Source of the DNA: Hormoscilla sp.
GTDB lineage: Bacteria > Cyanobacteriota > Cyanobacteriia > Cyanobacteriales > Desertifilaceae
DNA length: 45,142 nucleotides
Direction: 5' to 3'
Assembly: GCA_051439505.1 (NCBI GenBank)
Contig: JBFRWI010000214.1
Span: forward strand, 1-45,142
How positions within the stretch are numbered: position 1 is the stretch's first letter; every line of letters starts with the position of its first letter. Below the pieces are notes generated by a model, which saw only the letters and a program-made list of their open reading frames with translations, did not search any database and was not told the origin of the DNA. The translations under genes were made by a program, and so were the position numbers. This document shows, one piece after another, positions 9,756 to 18,071 of this stretch.

Positions 9756-9941
9756 TGTCATTGCGAGGGGGGGGGACATCGCGATTAACTTATGCTCAAT
9801 TGAGTTAACCCCCCCGAAGCAATCCCCCTCGCCCTGTATGAGATGATCTTCATCTCTAGGCGTCGTCGGTGAGATTGCTTCGGGGGGATCATCGCTTGGA
9901 TCCCTAAAATGTCGGTTTTGGTTTCCCCCCTCGCAATGACA
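9756..9941. repeat. Inverted doublet (REPIN-like) of the TGTCATTGCGAG...GAAGCAATC REP
   Basis: Two inverted copies of the core also found inside 7763-7912 and 37010-37160. Confidence 0.75.
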
Positions 9942-10065
9942 GATTGTATCCCTTGAAGTATTGGGAGTGGCATAATTGGCGTGAGAGCCCGATCCAGCAA
10001 ATCCTGCTATACTCAGACTACCAGCCACGATAAAGATAAAAAGATAAGTTTAACGAGCTAACGCC

Positions 10066-11604
10066 ATGTCTCTCTGCATTAACCCCAGATGCCGAAATCC
10101 CCAAAATCCTGACAATTCCCGGTTTTGCCAAGCCTGCGGATCGGAATTGCTGCTAGCAGGGCGCTACCGGGTAATTCGGTTGCTCAGTGGCAAAGGTGGC
10201 TTTGGCAATACCTATGAAGTGACTCGCGACGATACCCCCAAAGTTCTCAAGGTATTGACGAATCCTATCCCCAAGGCTGTAGAGTTATTTCAGCAAGAGG
10301 CGCGAGTCCTAAGTCAGTTGAATCATCCAGGGATACCTAAAGGAGAGCTGGACTTTACTTTCTTTCCCAGAGACAGCCAAGAACCGCTGCACTGCTTGGT
10401 GATGGAGAAAATCGAAGGACTGGATTTGCAAGAGTATCTCGAAGGTCGGCAAAATAGCCCCATAGATGAAAGATTAGCACTTGAATGGCTGACCGAGCTG
10501 GTGGAAGTTTTGCATGAGGTGCATCAGCGGCAGTTTTTTCATCGGGATATTAAGCCATCCAATATCATGCTCGGGGCAAATGGGCATCTGGTGTTGATTG
10601 ATTTTGGTGCGGTGCGGCAAGTCACGGGCACGATCGTGAGTGGAGGCAGAAGCACGAGTATCTATACTGTTGGCTACGCTCCACCGGAGCAAGAACAGGG
10701 TTATGCCGTGCCGGAATCGGATTTCTTTGCCTTGGGGCGCACCTTTGTATATCTGCTGACTGGCAAGCAACCGACTGACAAAGCTATTTACGACCATTAC
10801 AACAATGAGTTACGTTGGCGCGATCGGGCTTCTAACATTTCGCCTCAGCTTGCAGATTTAATCGATCGGATGATGTCGGCTAAAGCCAGTCAGCGTCCTG
10901 CCAATACTCAGGTGATTCTGCAACGGTTGCAGGAGATTGATCGGGAGTTGCATCAGCCAGGTTATGCTACTTCCCAAAACCCAAAAACTCTAAAGGTGGT
11001 TCCTTCTACATCATTTTCAACAGTAGTTAGCCCCGAGTATGCCGGATTTTGGCGTCGTTTTGCAGCTTATCTCCTAGATACGGTAATTTTGGGGATCTCG
11101 GGATTTATGATAGGTGGCGTATTAACTGTACTTTTGGGTATTTTTTCTATTCCTTCATTTATATTTTCACGATCTATATATTGGATCCTATTTTTAGGAG
11201 GAGGAATCTGGACATTATTAGTAACATTAAGCGGAATTTTATTATCGCTTATTTATTTAATACATGCAATATTTATTGATGAGAATCATCCTGACATATA
11301 CTCGTGGGAAGGAATAATAAGTATAGCTATATTTGCTATACTACCTGTGGTTTTGAAGTGGCTTTACTTTACTTTGCTGGAGAGTTCTACTCGGAGAGGA
11401 ACTTTTGGCAAAAGGATTATGAGACTAGCAGTGACTGACTTAAAAGGCGATCGCATTTCGTTTGGTCGAGCAAATGGCAGGTTTTGGGGTAAAACTATTT
11501 CTGTAATAACTATCTTTATTGGTTTCCTCATGGCGGTAAAGACCAAAAATAAGCAAGCCCTTCACGATAAGATGGCTCGTTGTTTAGTCGTCAAGAAACG
11601 GTGA
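10066..11604 (+). CDS. Ser/Thr protein kinase with an N-terminal 4-Cys motif and a C-terminal RDD membrane domain
   Basis: CINPRC...FCQACG, GKGGFG, HRDIKPSN, DFG; RDD motifs YAGFWRRFAAYLLD...QALHDKMA. Confidence 0.93.
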   Translation: MSLCINPRCRNPQNPDNSRFCQACGSELLLAGRYRVIRLLSGKGGFGNTYEVTRDDTPKVLKVLTNPIPKAVELFQQEARVLSQLNHPGIPKGELDFTFFPRDSQEPLHCLVMEKIEGLDLQEYLEGRQNSPIDERLALEWLTELVEVLHEVHQRQFFHRDIKPSNIMLGANGHLVLIDFGAVRQVTGTIVSGGRSTSIYTVGYAPPEQEQGYAVPESDFFALGRTFVYLLTGKQPTDKAIYDHYNNELRWRDRASNISPQLADLIDRMMSAKASQRPANTQVILQRLQEIDRELHQPGYATSQNPKTLKVVPSTSFSTVVSPEYAGFWRRFAAYLLDTVILGISGFMIGGVLTVLLGIFSIPSFIFSRSIYWILFLGGGIWTLLVTLSGILLSLIYLIHAIFIDENHPDIYSWEGIISIAIFAILPVVLKWLYFTLLESSTRRGTFGKRIMRLAVTDLKGDRISFGRANGRFWGKTISVITIFIGFLMAVKTKNKQALHDKMARCLVVKKR

Positions 11605-11608
11605 GGAA

Positions 11609-11779
11609 GGGTGTGGTCAAAAACAGTTGGTACGGGGAGATCCTCGCGGGGGCAGGGCGAAGCATTCGGGTATAAGATCTGTCTTTTTATATCATAATTT
11701 GTCGCCCGAATGCTTCGCCCCTACAGGGATCCGACAGATGGGAGGTCCCATAAACGATCAACGGATTTTGACCACACCC
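11609..11779. mobile_element. MITE (171 bp) with 14-bp TIR GGGTGTGGTCAAAA and a perfect 9-bp target duplication GGTGAGGAA
   Basis: TIRs at 11609-11622 and 11766-11779; TSD at 11600-11608 and 11780-11788. Internal GGGCGAAGCATTCGGG...CCCGAATGCTTCGCCC hairpin. Confidence 0.9.
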
Positions 11780-11878
11780 GGTGAGGAAGGCGAACATATT
11801 TATTCGCCATATCTTTTATTCGCCATATCTAGAGCGATCGTTCTCAGACAATTACTTCAACAGCTAGGAGAATAGTAA

Positions 11879-12253
11879 ATGCCAGAACCCATGTCCCTGA
11901 TTTCTAGTGTTAACATTCAACCAGAAGAGTTCTCCGCTTTTCTGCAACAATGTGGAGCAGTCCTGCATCCAGATCGGGTATATGACGGGCGTCTAGACAA
12001 TGGCAACCTCCATGTCTGGATCGCCTTAGATAACAGCGAACTGAAAAACTTCGACGCCGATGAAATTGAACTGATGTCTCAGCATCTGGGAGATAAACCC
12101 AAAACTCATATCTTGCTGGATATCAGCAAAACACCAGGTTCTCAGCAGCTAGCGACTGACTTTGCCAGGAAGTTTGCCGCCAAATGGTCTTGCGTTGTCT
12201 ATGACTCACTCCATATCTCGTTCCATTTTTTAATAAATTTAATAAGGTATTAG
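11879..12253 (+). CDS. Hypothetical protein (possibly an orphan immunity-type protein)
   Basis: AGGAG ribosome-binding site upstream and a globular-looking 124-aa sequence. No family recognised. Confidence 0.6.
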   Translation: MPEPMSLISSVNIQPEEFSAFLQQCGAVLHPDRVYDGRLDNGNLHVWIALDNSELKNFDADEIELMSQHLGDKPKTHILLDISKTPGSQQLATDFARKFAAKWSCVVYDSLHISFHFLINLIRY

Positions 12254-12332
12254 CGATAAATCATAGGTTAGTTTAGATGGTTTAGCAATTTTACCTTATC
12301 CGATATAAAGACAATAAAATGCCTGCCAATTA

Positions 12333-12396
12333 GTAGGGGCACGGCATCGGTAAATTAACAGGAAAGTCCGAGAATTAGCTAGCGCCGTGCCCCTGC
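12333..12396 (+). repeat. GTAGGGGCACGGCA...GCCGTGCCCC REP hairpin (same stem as the TA-array repeat, different loop)
   Basis: The stem is identical to that of the copies at 40178-44945. Confidence 0.8.
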
Positions 12397-12526
12397 GGCC
12401 AGGCGATCGGGATCTAACTGCCGGGGTGCGACAAGTTAATATTGTTATGTTGATGATGCCGACAGTATCCAACATGTGATACAATATAGGAGATGAGATT
12501 GTAGATGCGATCGGAGTTATCTTACT

Positions 12527-13156
12527 ATGGTAGAAATAATCCCAGCCCAAAAACTGAACATCATCGATGTGGAAAGCAAATTTGGCCTCACCGAGACTGA
12601 AGATGACGAATTCTTTCCCGAGTGGAAGGAGAACCTGCCGGACATCACTGAGTTGGAAAAACAAGCGCTAGACCGAGTCAAACTCAACTATCTCAGCTTG
12701 GTCAAGCGCCGCGAAATCTCGGAAAATATGGTGAAAATGACCGTACTTGGTCCCCTGCTAGTTTGGACTGATTTCTATCAACTGCCCTTTGATATCCTAG
12801 ATGAACAGGCAGTTGAACTTGCTGTGGCAGACGAAGATGAAATCGTGCGGGGTCGCCTTGATATCGTCGTGTTGCAAGACCATTTATGGTTACTGACGAT
12901 CGAATCAAAAAACGCCGGGTTATCCTTGCTCAACGGCATCCCCCAAGCCTTATTCTATATGATAGCAAACCCCAATCCAACTCCGACAGTTTATGGTTTG
13001 GTGACCAATGGCAATAATTTCTTGTTTATCAAGTTATCCAAACAAGACAACCCCCAGTATGCTTTGTCCGATGAGTTCACACTCTCCCATCGTCGTGAGA
13101 ATGGATTGTATACTGTTCTGAAAATCTTGAAAAAAATCGGTCAACTGGTCAGCTAA
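12527..13156 (+). CDS. Short HsdR-N-like (type I restriction subunit R-like) PD-(D/E)XK protein
   Basis: GRLDIVVL...IESK...PQALFYM...YGLVTNG pattern of this abundant cyanobacterial family. Confidence 0.85.
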   Translation: MVEIIPAQKLNIIDVESKFGLTETEDDEFFPEWKENLPDITELEKQALDRVKLNYLSLVKRREISENMVKMTVLGPLLVWTDFYQLPFDILDEQAVELAVADEDEIVRGRLDIVVLQDHLWLLTIESKNAGLSLLNGIPQALFYMIANPNPTPTVYGLVTNGNNFLFIKLSKQDNPQYALSDEFTLSHRRENGLYTVLKILKKIGQLVS

Positions 13157-13201
13157 AATCCCCATGCTTGACATTAAGAGCGTCCTTACCGCATTATGTT
13201 A

Positions 13202-13259
13202 TTAGTCGGTTTCAACCGACTTTAGCTTTTAGCCAGGGGTGGGATACCCCCGGCGGGCT
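13202..13259. repeat. Variant of the 427-485 double-hairpin REP
   Basis: TTAGTCGGTTTCAACCGACTTTAGC...CCCCGGCGGGC. Confidence 0.75.
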
Positions 13260-13302
13260 GACATCATTTTTTAATTGTGAACTTTGAATTTTGAATTGCC
13301 TT

Positions 13303-14490
13303 ATGTCTAATCGTCCCATCTATCTGGACTGCCACGCCACTACCCCCCTAGACGATCGCGTGCTAGGGGCCATGCTACCCTATTTCACAGAACATTTTGG
13401 CAACCCCGCCAGCATTACCCATGCTTACGGTTGGGAAGCAGAAGCAGCGGTGAAGAAGTCTCGCCAAACCATCGCCGACGCCATTAACGCCGCCCCAGAA
13501 GAAATCGTCTTCACTAGCGGGGCCACGGAAGCCAACAATTTGGCCATTAAAGGAGTGGCTGAAGCCTATTTTAGCAAAGGACGTCACATTATTACTCTGG
13601 AAACAGAACATAACGCCGTTCTCGACCCCTGCCAATACCTGGAGTCCCTGGGGTTTGATGTTACTTATCTCCCCGTTCGCAACGATGGTTTAATTGACCT
13701 CTCTCAACTGGAAAAAGCTTTCCGTTCCGATACTATTCTAGTTTCCGTCATGGCCGCTAATAATGAAATTGGCGTTCTCCAACCTTTGGCAGAAATTGGC
13801 GCACTCTGTCATCATCGTGAAGTGCTTTTTCATACTGACGCCGCCCAGGCGATCGGGAAAATTCCTCTGGACGTGCAAAGCATGAACATTGATATCATGT
13901 CCTTAACCGCCCACAAGCTTTACGGACCCAAAGGCATAGGCGCCTTATACGTCCGTCGCCGCCACCCCAGAGTCAAAATTGCTGCCCAACTTCATGGGGG
14001 CGGACACGAACGGGGCATGCGTTCCGGTACTCTTTATACACCCCAAATAGTCGGGTTCGCCAAAGCAGTAGAATTAGGACTTGCGGAAATGCCATCGGAG
14101 ACGAAACGCCTCACCGAACTGCGACAGAGATTATGGCAGCATTTGAGTGAGTTAGAGGGAATTTATCTGAACGGACATCCCGAAACCCGACTCCCGGGAA
14201 ACCTGAATGTCAGCATCGCCGGAGTGGATGGTTCCGCCCTATTATTGGGATTGCAACCCACAGTCGCAGTGTCCTCTGGTGCCGCTTGTACCTCCACCAA
14301 AATTGCTCCCTCCCATGTCATCACCGCCTTGGGTAGAGATGAAAAATTGGCTTTTGCTTCCCTGCGCTTTGGTATCGGACGCTTTAATACAATAGCACAA
14401 ATTGACATCGTGGCCCAGCAGGCGATCGCCACCATCCAATCTCTCCGCCAATCTCAGACCATGCCTTCTGTTGCTTCTCTGGTTCCCTGA
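13303..14490 (+). CDS. iscS: Cysteine desulfurase (IscS/NifS class V PLP enzyme)
   Basis: IYLDCHATTP, FTSGATEANN, HTDAAQ, TAHKLYGPKG, RSGT and SSGAACTS motifs. Confidence 0.93.
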   Translation: MSNRPIYLDCHATTPLDDRVLGAMLPYFTEHFGNPASITHAYGWEAEAAVKKSRQTIADAINAAPEEIVFTSGATEANNLAIKGVAEAYFSKGRHIITLETEHNAVLDPCQYLESLGFDVTYLPVRNDGLIDLSQLEKAFRSDTILVSVMAANNEIGVLQPLAEIGALCHHREVLFHTDAAQAIGKIPLDVQSMNIDIMSLTAHKLYGPKGIGALYVRRRHPRVKIAAQLHGGGHERGMRSGTLYTPQIVGFAKAVELGLAEMPSETKRLTELRQRLWQHLSELEGIYLNGHPETRLPGNLNVSIAGVDGSALLLGLQPTVAVSSGAACTSTKIAPSHVITALGRDEKLAFASLRFGIGRFNTIAQIDIVAQQAIATIQSLRQSQTMPSVASLVP

Positions 14491-14636
14491 CTCTGGCAGG
14501 GAACCCCCTACAGGAGGCTCTGCCTCTTGGGTAATCTTTGGGAGGAGGCACTCCTAACGCAAGTAGGGGAACAACGATATCGCCGTTCCCCTACTCACCC
14601 GAACTGCATTACTTCCTCAATGCCGTCATTGAGAGA

Positions 14637-16364
14637 TTACATTTTCTTCTGTTTCTTGCCGACTCCGAGAACGCCAGCTACTGCCAACAGACCTAAAGCT
14701 GCGATCGCGCTGGGTTCGGGAATTTTTGTAGGTCCATCGTTACCACCACCCGGTCCCGTTGGCGGTAGTATCACAACTGGAGGTGTGTCACCTGGAGGTG
14801 TGTCACCTGGAGGTGTGTCACCTGAAGGTGTGTCACCTGGAGGTGTGTCTACTGGAGGTGTAGTGTCTACTGGAGGTGTGTCTACTGGAGGTGTGTCTAC
14901 TGGAGGTGTGTCTACTGGAGGTGTAGTGTCTACTGGAGGTGTAGTGTCTACTGGAGGTGTAGTGTCTACTGGAGGTGTAGTGTCTACTGGAGGTGTAGTG
15001 TCTACTGGAGGTGTAGTGTCTACTGGAGGTGTAGTGTCTACTGGTGCCTGGGCGAGGTCGAATGAACAACGATCAAAGCGAACGTCGTTCAGGTTAATCT
15101 TATCTGCAACAAGCTGGGTACAACCTTGGGCATTATTGATGACAATCTCACCGCCCACTTGTGCCGTTGTCCAGAAAGCCACACCGTTAATAACGGTATT
15201 GTCGAAGTTGAAGTTCTGCTGCTTCTCTTTTGTCGAGTCGGAGTAGAAGAGAACATTATTCAAACCCAGGTTCTCACTCGCCAGAATGTTGGAGTTGCTG
15301 ATCAGCATATTCTGCTGATCCGGCACGCGGAAGATAGCCTTCGCATCCTCGTGACCATCAATCAAAAAGTTGATGTTATTAAAGGAGGCATCATTATCGT
15401 CAGTGAGCAAATCGATAACGTGCAAACCGGGCGCATCTAGCGTTACAGTAAAGGTTGCGTTGTCTTCTGTTTTAATCTTGCTAAGATCGTCAGGATCTTC
15501 GCCATAGTAAGCAGGGCCGCGCGAAAAGCTACCCAATGAAGAATCGCCACTGAATGCCACATCATAATCTTTCTCAATCTTCCCACTCTCCATAGTGAGA
15601 GTACCGGTAGCCGCTAATGTTGAGAGGATTTCGTTGAAGCTAGCTTCGCCTTCAAAAACTTCATTTTTCAAATCGGAGAAATCTACTCCACCCGTAACCC
15701 CTTTGTCCGTGCCTGGGTCGATGCGCCGGTCCTGCTCGGCATCGCCCGGACCGACTCCCTGAGAATTACTAGGATCGTTGGCATCGAAGGTATTGGGAAA
15801 TAAATTTCCATCATTGAAGAAGGAATTTTGCGTACCATCGTTACAATTTCCAACTCCTTGGGCGCATTGGATCCCAATATCTGGGTCAGCGTAAACACCC
15901 ACATCTTGCAGGTTAAAAACACCGTCTGGGCTAGTAATGGCGATATTACCGTCACCCCCTACACCGCTAAAAACATCATAACCATCAGGAATATTGGGAA
16001 CATTCCCGAACAAACCTGGACCGCCTGCATTGTTTCCAAAGCCTGAAGGAGAAGGGGTCGGGGCCTTGTTAGCTCCCAGTTCAAAGTTGTTCATGTTGAC
16101 GGCATCATCTATCCCGAGCTGACCCTGGTAGTCATTCTCCGGACCGTTACCTATCAAGAGGTAGTCGCTACTGTAGGTGGTGGTTAGTGAATTCCATGTA
16201 TCGCTGTTGATATCGTAGACATTGTTGAGCTTAAGAGTAGCCAAACCACCAGCATTGGCACTGCCAGCGCCAGATAGCGCCATCCCACCTGCCACCAATA
16301 CAGAAGTGATTATGGAAGTGGTCCTTCTGGCTGGCTGGAACCTTTGTATTATGTTGTTAACCAT
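14637..16364 (-). CDS. PEP-CTERM sorting-domain surface protein with a Pro/Thr-rich repeat linker
   Basis: AGGAG upstream of ATG 16364, a signal peptide-like N-terminus, (VDTTPP)n/(GDTPP)n repeats and C-terminal IPEPSAIAALGLLAVAGVLGVGKKQKK. Confidence 0.92.
   Translation of the reverse strand: MVNNIIQRFQPARRTTSIITSVLVAGGMALSGAGSANAGGLATLKLNNVYDINSDTWNSLTTTYSSDYLLIGNGPENDYQGQLGIDDAVNMNNFELGANKAPTPSPSGFGNNAGGPGLFGNVPNIPDGYDVFSGVGGDGNIAITSPDGVFNLQDVGVYADPDIGIQCAQGVGNCNDGTQNSFFNDGNLFPNTFDANDPSNSQGVGPGDAEQDRRIDPGTDKGVTGGVDFSDLKNEVFEGEASFNEILSTLAATGTLTMESGKIEKDYDVAFSGDSSLGSFSRGPAYYGEDPDDLSKIKTEDNATFTVTLDAPGLHVIDLLTDDNDASFNNINFLIDGHEDAKAIFRVPDQQNMLISNSNILASENLGLNNVLFYSDSTKEKQQNFNFDNTVINGVAFWTTAQVGGEIVINNAQGCTQLVADKINLNDVRFDRCSFDLAQAPVDTTPPVDTTPPVDTTPPVDTTPPVDTTPPVDTTPPVDTTPPVDTPPVDTPPVDTPPVDTTPPVDTPPGDTPSGDTPPGDTPPGDTPPVVILPPTGPGGGNDGPTKIPEPSAIAALGLLAVAGVLGVGKKQKKM
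14778..15045 (-). repeat. Coding 18-bp and 15-bp tandem repeats (VDTTPP, VDTPP, GDTPP)
   Basis: ACTGGAGGTGTAGTGTCT and CCTGGAGGTGTGTCA units read directly. Confidence 0.95.
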
Positions 16365-16692
16365 TATTCGATTCTCCTGTTTGCCTTTTCGGTCACTCAA
16401 CTAGGAGGAATGAGGTCTTTATCGCTTAGCTTTATCTATATTGACCGGTTGTCCTAGTCGGACTCTCTATTATATTTATAGGTACACCCTGTTTCCGCAT
16501 CCGCACCTTGGCTGATTTGGCTTTTCTGTAAGACCTGCGTCTGTCTGGCCGCTCTTCTGTAACCCTTGTCCCCTCGCTGGTTTGGCCTTTTAGCAACTCC
16601 TCAGCTTGGAGCCGTTCATCAACCTGAGCTGATATTTCTAATGTAGCTCACCTGACTCGGAGGTGTCTAGGGTATCTGGCTAACTTTACAGA

Positions 16693-16724
16693 AACTTCAT
16701 AAAAAACTGGGGTTTTATGAAGTT
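16693..16724. promoter_or_regulatory. Perfect 12-bp inverted repeat AACTTCATAAAA-8 nt-TTTTATGAAGTT, candidate operator or hairpin
   Basis: Seen directly ~330 bp upstream of the PEP-CTERM start. The function is inferred. Confidence 0.45.
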
Positions 16725-16782
16725 GGCGTGCAGTTCGCACTTCTTTTCCCAGTATCAAAGGCTATTGTTTGCCTTCACCTAT

Positions 16783-16931
16783 GCGATCGGGTAATTCTTC
16801 TGTATAACTTTACGATTAGCGACGCATCTTCACGGTAGTTTTACCAAATAATTGGCCACCAGGTCCGAGAAACAACTGGTCACAATACCTCAAAGATAGC
16901 AGAAAGCAGGGAGCAACGTGAGGGAAGGAGT
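16783..16931 (+). repeat. ~145-bp imperfect direct repeat, copy 1
   Basis: Shares GCGATCGGGTAATTCTTCTGTATAACTTTACGATTAGCGAC, AATAATTGGCCACCARGTCCGAGAAACA and ACGTGAGGGAAGGAGT with 17429-17571. Confidence 0.9.
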
Positions 16932-17034
16932 TCGGAGTTGGGGATCTCTAGTCAACGCAATCATCAGGGTTTGAGGCATTTTGTTGCTTCCGACAAATAA
17001 GGATTTGAGCAACTGTCGAACTCACGTCCGCCCT

Positions 17035-17304
17035 GGTCGGATCGTCTGAGAGCCTTGGTCAGATGGTCTGAGAGCCTTGGTCGGATCGTCTGAGAGCCTT
17101 GGTCGGATCGTCTGAGAGCCTTGGTCGGATCGTCTGAGAGCCTTGGTCGGATCGTCTGAGAGCCTTGGTCGGATGATCTCCCCGCCCGGGTCGGATGATC
17201 TCCCCGCCCGGGTCTGATGATCTCCCCGCCCGGGTCTGATCGTCTCCCCGCCTTGGTCGGATGGTCTGAGAGCCTTGGTCGGATGATCTGACTGCCCGGG
17301 TCGG
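17035..17304. repeat. Array of 12 complete 22-bp units (GGTCGGATCGTCTGAGAGCCTT and GGTCGGATGATCTCCCCGCCCG variants)
   Basis: Units start every 22 bp from 17035 to 17277. There are no unique spacers. Confidence 0.95.
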
Positions 17305-17428
17305 AATGATTGCATTCTTAAATCCCCAACTCCGAACGGAGAACTCGCGTTAGCCCCGTTCCGCTTTTTTTCACAGAGCAAGTTTCTCCGCATAAGCAGT
17401 AAAAGCAAAGGCGATCGCGTTCTTGAGA

Positions 17429-17571
17429 GCGATCGGGTAATTCTTCTGTATAACTTTACGATTAGCGACCCATAGCATAAGTATTGTTACTCAATAATTG
17501 GCCACCAAGTCCGAGAAACAGCCGGTCATAGCCCTCGCCGTTGGAAGCCGCCCGGACGTGAGGGAAGGAGT
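17429..17571 (+). repeat. ~145-bp imperfect direct repeat, copy 2
   Basis: See 16783-16931. Confidence 0.9.
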
Positions 17572-17575
17572 AATG

Positions 17576-17905
17576 TAGTTCGTAGTTCGTAGTTCGTAGT
17601 TCGTAGTTATCAGACTTCCAAAAATATCAGCCTCTCATCAACCATCTCAGGGCAATACTTTCACGGTCATATTTGTAGCAATAGTTTTTGATAAAATGGT
17701 GCATCTCACTTTGGCACAGGCGAAGACCAGCACCGAACCCAAATCACCGGCTGTACCCCAAACTGAGTGGGGGAGTAGGGAGTGGGGAGTGGGGAGTGGG
17801 GAGTGGAAAAAAATACCCAAGCCGCGTAACTCCCCCCAACTCCACCACCCCTTTTCAAGTACCCCAGTAAGCACCCAGTAAGCACCCAGTAAGCACTCAG
17901 TAAGT
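17576..17905. repeat. Cluster of short tandem repeats: (GTAGTTC)n, (GAGTGGG)n, (CCCAGTAAGCA)n
   Basis: At ~17576-17608, ~17765-17806 and ~17862-17905. GTAGTTC recurs inverted at 37160-37192. Confidence 0.85.
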
Positions 17906-17998
17906 TCTAAAAACGCGGATCCCCCTACCAGATTATACAGTCAAATAAATCACATACTGAGATCGGCAAATTTTCAACAAGCATCGGTCATCTATACC

Positions 17999-18063
17999 GG
18001 GTGTAGTCAAAATTATCCCGTCGTTGGGTGGCCAACAACAATCAACGGGTTTTGACCACACCC
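17999..18063. mobile_element. Minimal 65-bp member of the GGGTGTGGTCAAAA MITE family (no internal cargo)
   Basis: GGGTGTAGTCAAAA...ATCAACGGGTTTTGACCACACCC. No clear TSD. Confidence 0.7.
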
Positions 18064-18071
18064 GATCGCTG

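Noticed and set aside
17035..17304. CRISPR array
   Set aside because: The units are contiguous 22-mers with no unique spacers, and there are no cas genes in the window.
17022..17408. 128-aa ORF across the 22-bp array
   Set aside because: The unit length is not a multiple of three and the product cycles through frames, so it is probably a by-product of stop-poor repeats.
16783..17571. Diversity-generating retroelement TR/VR pair
   Set aside because: Mismatches between the two repeats are not adenine-specific, neither copy lies in a credible CDS, and there is no reverse transcriptase.
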